DNA of 64,000 nucleotides from Acidimicrobiales bacterium (GTDB lineage Bacteria; Actinomycetota; Acidimicrobiia; Acidimicrobiales; Palsa-688): NCBI GenBank assembly GCA_035508795.1, contig DATJMJ010000006.1, positions 793 to 64,792 of the forward strand, read 5' to 3'. Shown piece by piece: positions 62,408 to 64,000 of this stretch (position 1 is its first letter; each line of letters starts with the position of its first letter). The notes under the pieces were generated by a model. It saw only the letters and a program-made list of their open reading frames with translations, ran no database searches and was not told where the DNA came from. The position numbers and the translations under genes were made by a program.

Positions 62408-64000
62408 TCAGTGAGCTCCTGAGACCTTTCGCGCATGGGCGTCCTTGCTGCGCAGAGTGAGCAAAGCCCGTGCTCTATCGGCCACGTTCCCCGGAGTGAA
62501 ACCGAAATAGGCGAGCACTTCAGCGCCGGGGCCCGAAGCGCCGAACCGGTCGATCGATACGCTGTCGTCCGCCCAACGGGACCACCCGAAGCTGGCGGCC
62601 GCCTCGACAGCCAGCACCGGCACCCCGTCGCCGAGGACCTCACGCTGGTACTGCTCACCCTGAGCCTCGAACAGCTCCCAGCTCGGCAGTGAGACCACCC
62701 GTGCCTGGACGCCTTCTGCAGAGAGGATCTCCCTGGCGCCGACGCAGACAGCAACCTCGGAGCCTGTCCCCACGAGGACTATGTCGGGCGCAGGATCGTC
62801 ACCCTCGAGCACGTAGGCGCCCTTTTGGAGCAGGTGGGCCTTTTCGGCAGTGCCCTCGAGCACCGGGATCGTCTGGCGAGTGAGGATAAGGGCCGTCGGG
62901 CCGTCGTGCTCGATCGCTGCCCGGAGGGCCTGTGCGGCCTCGTTGGCGTCCGCCGGCCTGACCACCAAAAGGTTTGGCATGGCCCGCATCGCCGCGAGCT
63001 GCTCGACGGGTTGGTGGGTCGGGCCGTCTTCGCCAAGGCCCACCGAGTCGTGCGACCACTGGAAGACGACCTTGGACTGTGAGAGTGCGGCCAACCGGAC
63101 AGACCCGCGCATGTAGTCGCTGAACACGAAAAATGTGCCGCCAAACGGCAGGATCCCACCATGGCGTGCCATGCCCACCATCGAACCGCCCATGCCGTGC
63201 TCCCGGACGCCAAAGGCCATGAGACGGCCTTCGGGGTGTTCCTTGGACTGGGTCGGCTCGCCGTCGAGCATCGTGCCCGTATTGCCCGTCAGGTCGGCGG
63301 CGCCCGAGACAAGGCCAGGTACGTCTGCGACCACCGCGTTCAAACAAGCCTTCATCGCCGCCCTGGTGGCGAGCTTGTCGCCGGCTTTCCAGGTCGGCAA
63401 CTTTTCCTCGTAACCGGGCATGGCCTGGCCGCGCCACTGGGCGTCCCAACGGGCGCGCTCGGGGCTGCCGCCCGGAAGTTTTTGCTCGAGGCGCACCGCC
63501 CAGGCGTCGCGCTCGGGCCGCCCACGCGCGCCGGCTCTGCGATAGAAATCGATCACCTCGTCGGGCACCCAGAAGGCCTTGTCGGGCGGGAGGCCGAGGA
63601 TCTCCTTGGTGACCTTGATCTCTTCGGGGTCGAAGGGGTCGCCGTGTGCCTTGGGGTTGTCGGTGAACTTGGGGGAGGGCCAGCCGATGTGCGAGCGAAG
63701 CTGCAGGAAGCTCGGCTTGTCCTCGACGGCCATCGCCCTGCGGATGGCGCTTTCGAGCACCCCGGTGTCGTTCGCAACCTCGCCGAGGTCCTCGGTGTGC
63801 CATCCGTAGGCTGCAAAACGCTCGATCGCATTGTCGTTGAGGGTTATCTCGGTCGGCCCGTCGATCGTGATGTGGTTGTCGTCGTAGACGTAGATGAGCC
63901 TCCCGAGGCCGAGGTGCCCGGCCAGTGAAGCCGCTTCGTGGCTGATCCCTTCCATCAGGTCGCCGTCGGAGCAAATGACGAAGGTGTAGTGGTCGACTAG
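62408..64000 (-). CDS. tkt: Transketolase (5' end outside the window)
   Basis: The frame stays open to nt 64000 (LVDHYTFVICSDGDLMEGISHEAASLAGHLGLGRLIYVYDDNHITIDG). It includes the pyrimidine-binding and C-terminal domains. The N-terminal ~170 aa are missing. Confidence 0.95.
   Translation of the reverse strand, partial: LVDHYTFVICSDGDLMEGISHEAASLAGHLGLGRLIYVYDDNHITIDGPTEITLNDNAIERFAAYGWHTEDLGEVANDTGVLESAIRRAMAVEDKPSFLQLRSHIGWPSPKFTDNPKAHGDPFDPEEIKVTKEILGLPPDKAFWVPDEVIDFYRRAGARGRPERDAWAVRLEQKLPGGSPERARWDAQWRGQAMPGYEEKLPTWKAGDKLATRAAMKACLNAVVADVPGLVSGAADLTGNTGTMLDGEPTQSKEHPEGRLMAFGVREHGMGGSMVGMARHGGILPFGGTFFVFSDYMRGSVRLAALSQSKVVFQWSHDSVGLGEDGPTHQPVEQLAAMRAMPNLLVVRPADANEAAQALRAAIEHDGPTALILTRQTIPVLEGTAEKAHLLQKGAYVLEGDDPAPDIVLVGTGSEVAVCVGAREILSAEGVQARVVSLPSWELFEAQGEQYQREVLGDGVPVLAVEAAASFGWSRWADDSVSIDRFGASGPGAEVLAYFGFTPGNVADRARALLTLRSKDAHARKVSGAH

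Overview
This is a high-GC, actinobacterial-type chromosome segment; single 60-nt lines I counted gave about 75% GC in housekeeping genes. I saw no rRNA, tRNA or CRISPR array.

Backbone: the gene order is the conserved actinobacterial one: aroE ... aroC-aroK-aroB ... aroQ-(purU)-pepQ-efp-nusB-pyrC-carA-carB-pyrD-pyrF-mihF-gmk-rpoZ-metK-priA. After priA come accessory genes: a ParB/Srx-like small protein, a Cys-rich protein, an M20 peptidase, a 1058-aa sedolisin-TIG-repeat exoprotein, and a YceI/MarR pair. The minus strand at the right end carries the oxidative pentose-phosphate operon tkt(partial)-tal-zwf-opcA-pgl, with a translationally coupled LOG-family gene.

Two blocks interrupt the aro backbone:
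1. A ~23.5 kb type IV pilus locus lies between aroE and aroC. It contains a PATAN/DUF4388 gene, pilB, an EAL-HDOD gene, a pilT with an extra MshEN-like N-domain, pilC, a three-gene GT-C/GT2/GT39 glycosylation module, two paralogous major pilins, a pilM-pilN fusion, pilO, an IS remnant and a GNAT gene. It ends with a minus-strand minor-pilin operon encoding a 1358-aa modular pilin (seven tandem Ig-like repeats), a PilW-like pilin and a PilX-like protein with two ricin-type lectin modules.
2. Between aroB and aroQ lie the prepilin peptidase pilD, a complete conservon (cvnA-D: sensor kinase, roadblock, DUF742, MglA-like GTPase) and a tightly coupled coiled-coil protein that looks like a degenerate SMC/YhaN-type ATPase.

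The most novel-looking content is the pilus locus as a whole: c-di-GMP-type N-domains on both motor ATPases, an embedded glycosylation module, and giant adhesin-like modular pilins. Many long antisense ORFs in the track are high-GC artefacts. Start codons were refined by eye and several remain uncertain.
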